A stretch of DNA of 19,393 nucleotides from an archaeon. GTDB taxonomy: Archaea > Iainarchaeota > Iainarchaeia > Iainarchaeales > JAAZKV01. Of the stretch, positions 18,175 to 19,393 are shown in pieces. Each line of letters opens with the position of its first letter. Within the stretch, counting starts at the first letter, position 1. Under the pieces are notes generated by a model. The model was given only the letters and a program-made list of their open reading frames with translations, was not told the DNA's origin and searched no databases. Where the stretch lies: the NCBI GenBank assembly GCA_036170245.1, contig JAVHOV010000006.1, forward strand, positions 1 to 19,393, given 5' to 3'. The position numbers and the translations under genes are program-made.

Positions 18175-19041
18175 TTATTTTTTAGTGGCTCTAATTCCAG
18201 AACTCTCTTTATGATATTTGACATTAACAAAACCAGCTTTAATTAACATTTTTTCAATAGTGGGCCAGTACTCAGTTCCTTTGGTTTTTCCAGGGTTTGG
18301 ACAGTAATGATAAAGAAGGCCCTTTGATTTTAATACTCTATAAAGTTGTGCATAAAATTCGCTTGAAAATAATTCTTTTCCAAAAGAAGTTGTTGGGGGG
18401 TCATGTAAAATTCTGTCAATTGAATTACTTTCAATTGTTTTAATTTTATCATAAACACTTCCAATTGTTAAGTTAATTTTTTTATTAGTGAACAGCTCTT
18501 CTGAAAAAGGATTATACTCCGCCATTTTCAAAACATTTTCATCTTTTTCAAAAACAATTACTTTCTCGCATTCACTTTTATTTGCTTCAATAATTGAAGT
18601 ATACCCCAAACCACAGCAGCAGTCAAGAACAATTCCTTTAATTGGTGAAATTTCTTTAACCATTAATTCAGCGCTGGTTTTTGGGCTAATAGTTTTGAAT
18701 CGGTGCATTGGAACACTTGATAGCATAATTGTGGGCCAATCTGCAGTAGGTTTAAGTTTGTAATAAAGATTAGTTTCCTCGCCAAACATTTCAATAGCAA
18801 GAACATACCCATCAACAATAGTGTAAAAAGTTTCCTCTTTTGTTTTTTTTAATTCATTAAAACTAACTTTTTCATTTCTAATTAAAGCAAATTTTTCTTC
18901 ACCATTAATTAAAATTTTTTCTTGGGTTTTTCCTAAGTCCAAACTCATCAAAAGCAAGGTTTGTCCAGGAAAAGAAGTGTTTGACTTAGCTGAAAGTATC
19001 TTTTCTGCATCCTTTTTGGTCAAAATGGCAAATTTATGCAT
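18175..19041 (-). CDS. Archaeal class I SAM-dependent methyltransferase (COG2521-like)
   Basis: SLDLG, PTIMLSSVPMHR, VLDCCCGLGYTSI, EKDENVL..AEYNPFS, ILHDPP, ELFSSEFY. Confidence 0.85.
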   Translation of the reverse strand: MHKFAILTKKDAEKILSAKSNTSFPGQTLLLMSLDLGKTQEKILINGEEKFALIRNEKVSFNELKKTKEETFYTIVDGYVLAIEMFGEETNLYYKLKPTADWPTIMLSSVPMHRFKTISPKTSAELMVKEISPIKGIVLDCCCGLGYTSIIEANKSECEKVIVFEKDENVLKMAEYNPFSEELFTNKKINLTIGSVYDKIKTIESNSIDRILHDPPTTSFGKELFSSEFYAQLYRVLKSKGLLYHYCPNPGKTKGTEYWPTIEKMLIKAGFVNVKYHKESSGIRATKK

Positions 19042-19144
19042 TATAATCAAGTATGTAGGTATGAAAAGGTTTATATATTACCTCAGCACAGGTATGTATT
19101 GGAGCTATTTTTTAAAGTTTCCTAAAGTTCAAAAAGGTGAGTCT

Positions 19145-19357
19145 ATGAGTCATATATTGCTAAAGATGGATGTAGATGAGGAACTGAGACTAAGTCTCCT
19201 TGCTCAAGAATTAAAAATGAGATCTAAGCAGCCTGAAGCCTGGACTAAAACAAAGTTTAGAAAATACGCGAACTTTGGAAGAAACAGGAATAAAACTGCA
19301 GAAGAAATCTTAAACGCAGAACCAAAAACAATGGCAAAGTCAGCTTTAAAGAAGTAA
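19145..19357 (+). CDS. Hypothetical protein (70 aa)
   Basis: ATG 19145 follows SD AGGTGA (19135-19140); TATA-like TTTATATA at about 19070. Confidence 0.55.
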   Translation: MSHILLKMDVDEELRLSLLAQELKMRSKQPEAWTKTKFRKYANFGRNRNKTAEEILNAEPKTMAKSALKK

Positions 19358-19393
19358 TATTCTTTTAGAGTTAATTGTCAATATCTTTTTAGA

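Overview
AT-rich archaeal chromosomal segment. RadA, TFE, aTrm56, an archaeal SRP RNA and an A1-U72 initiator tRNA make it archaeal; the compact genes and bacterial-type imports suggest a DPANN lineage (inference). Left to right: 3' end of an IS5-family element, a B12-radical-SAM gene with two apparent lesions, radA, a RelE-like toxin followed by an RHH antitoxin, bacterial-type tgt, an SRP RNA that appears to lack helix 6, a small Lys/Ala-rich protein, an HPF-like gene head-to-head with a long RelA/SpoT homolog, a COG1361-like surface protein, a KaiC-like ATPase, tRNA-Phe with a free-standing LAGLIDADG gene, a frameshifted EamA transporter, two tRNA-Lys genes plus a tRNA-derived repeat at an exact 143-bp period, trm56-tfe and tRNA-iMet. 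At about 14.3-16.2 kb the strand compositional bias flips in the way expected at a replication origin. There is no orc1/cdc6 in the window. Instead the locus has a winged-helix gene embedded in helically phased GTAATTAC/GTAATGAG boxes, a 14-bp inverted repeat pair and an AT-rich tract, followed by PRC-barrel and XerA-like genes. This candidate origin/centromere system and the archaeal RSH-HPF pair are the most interesting signals. All calls were made by eye; no database searches or computations were run.
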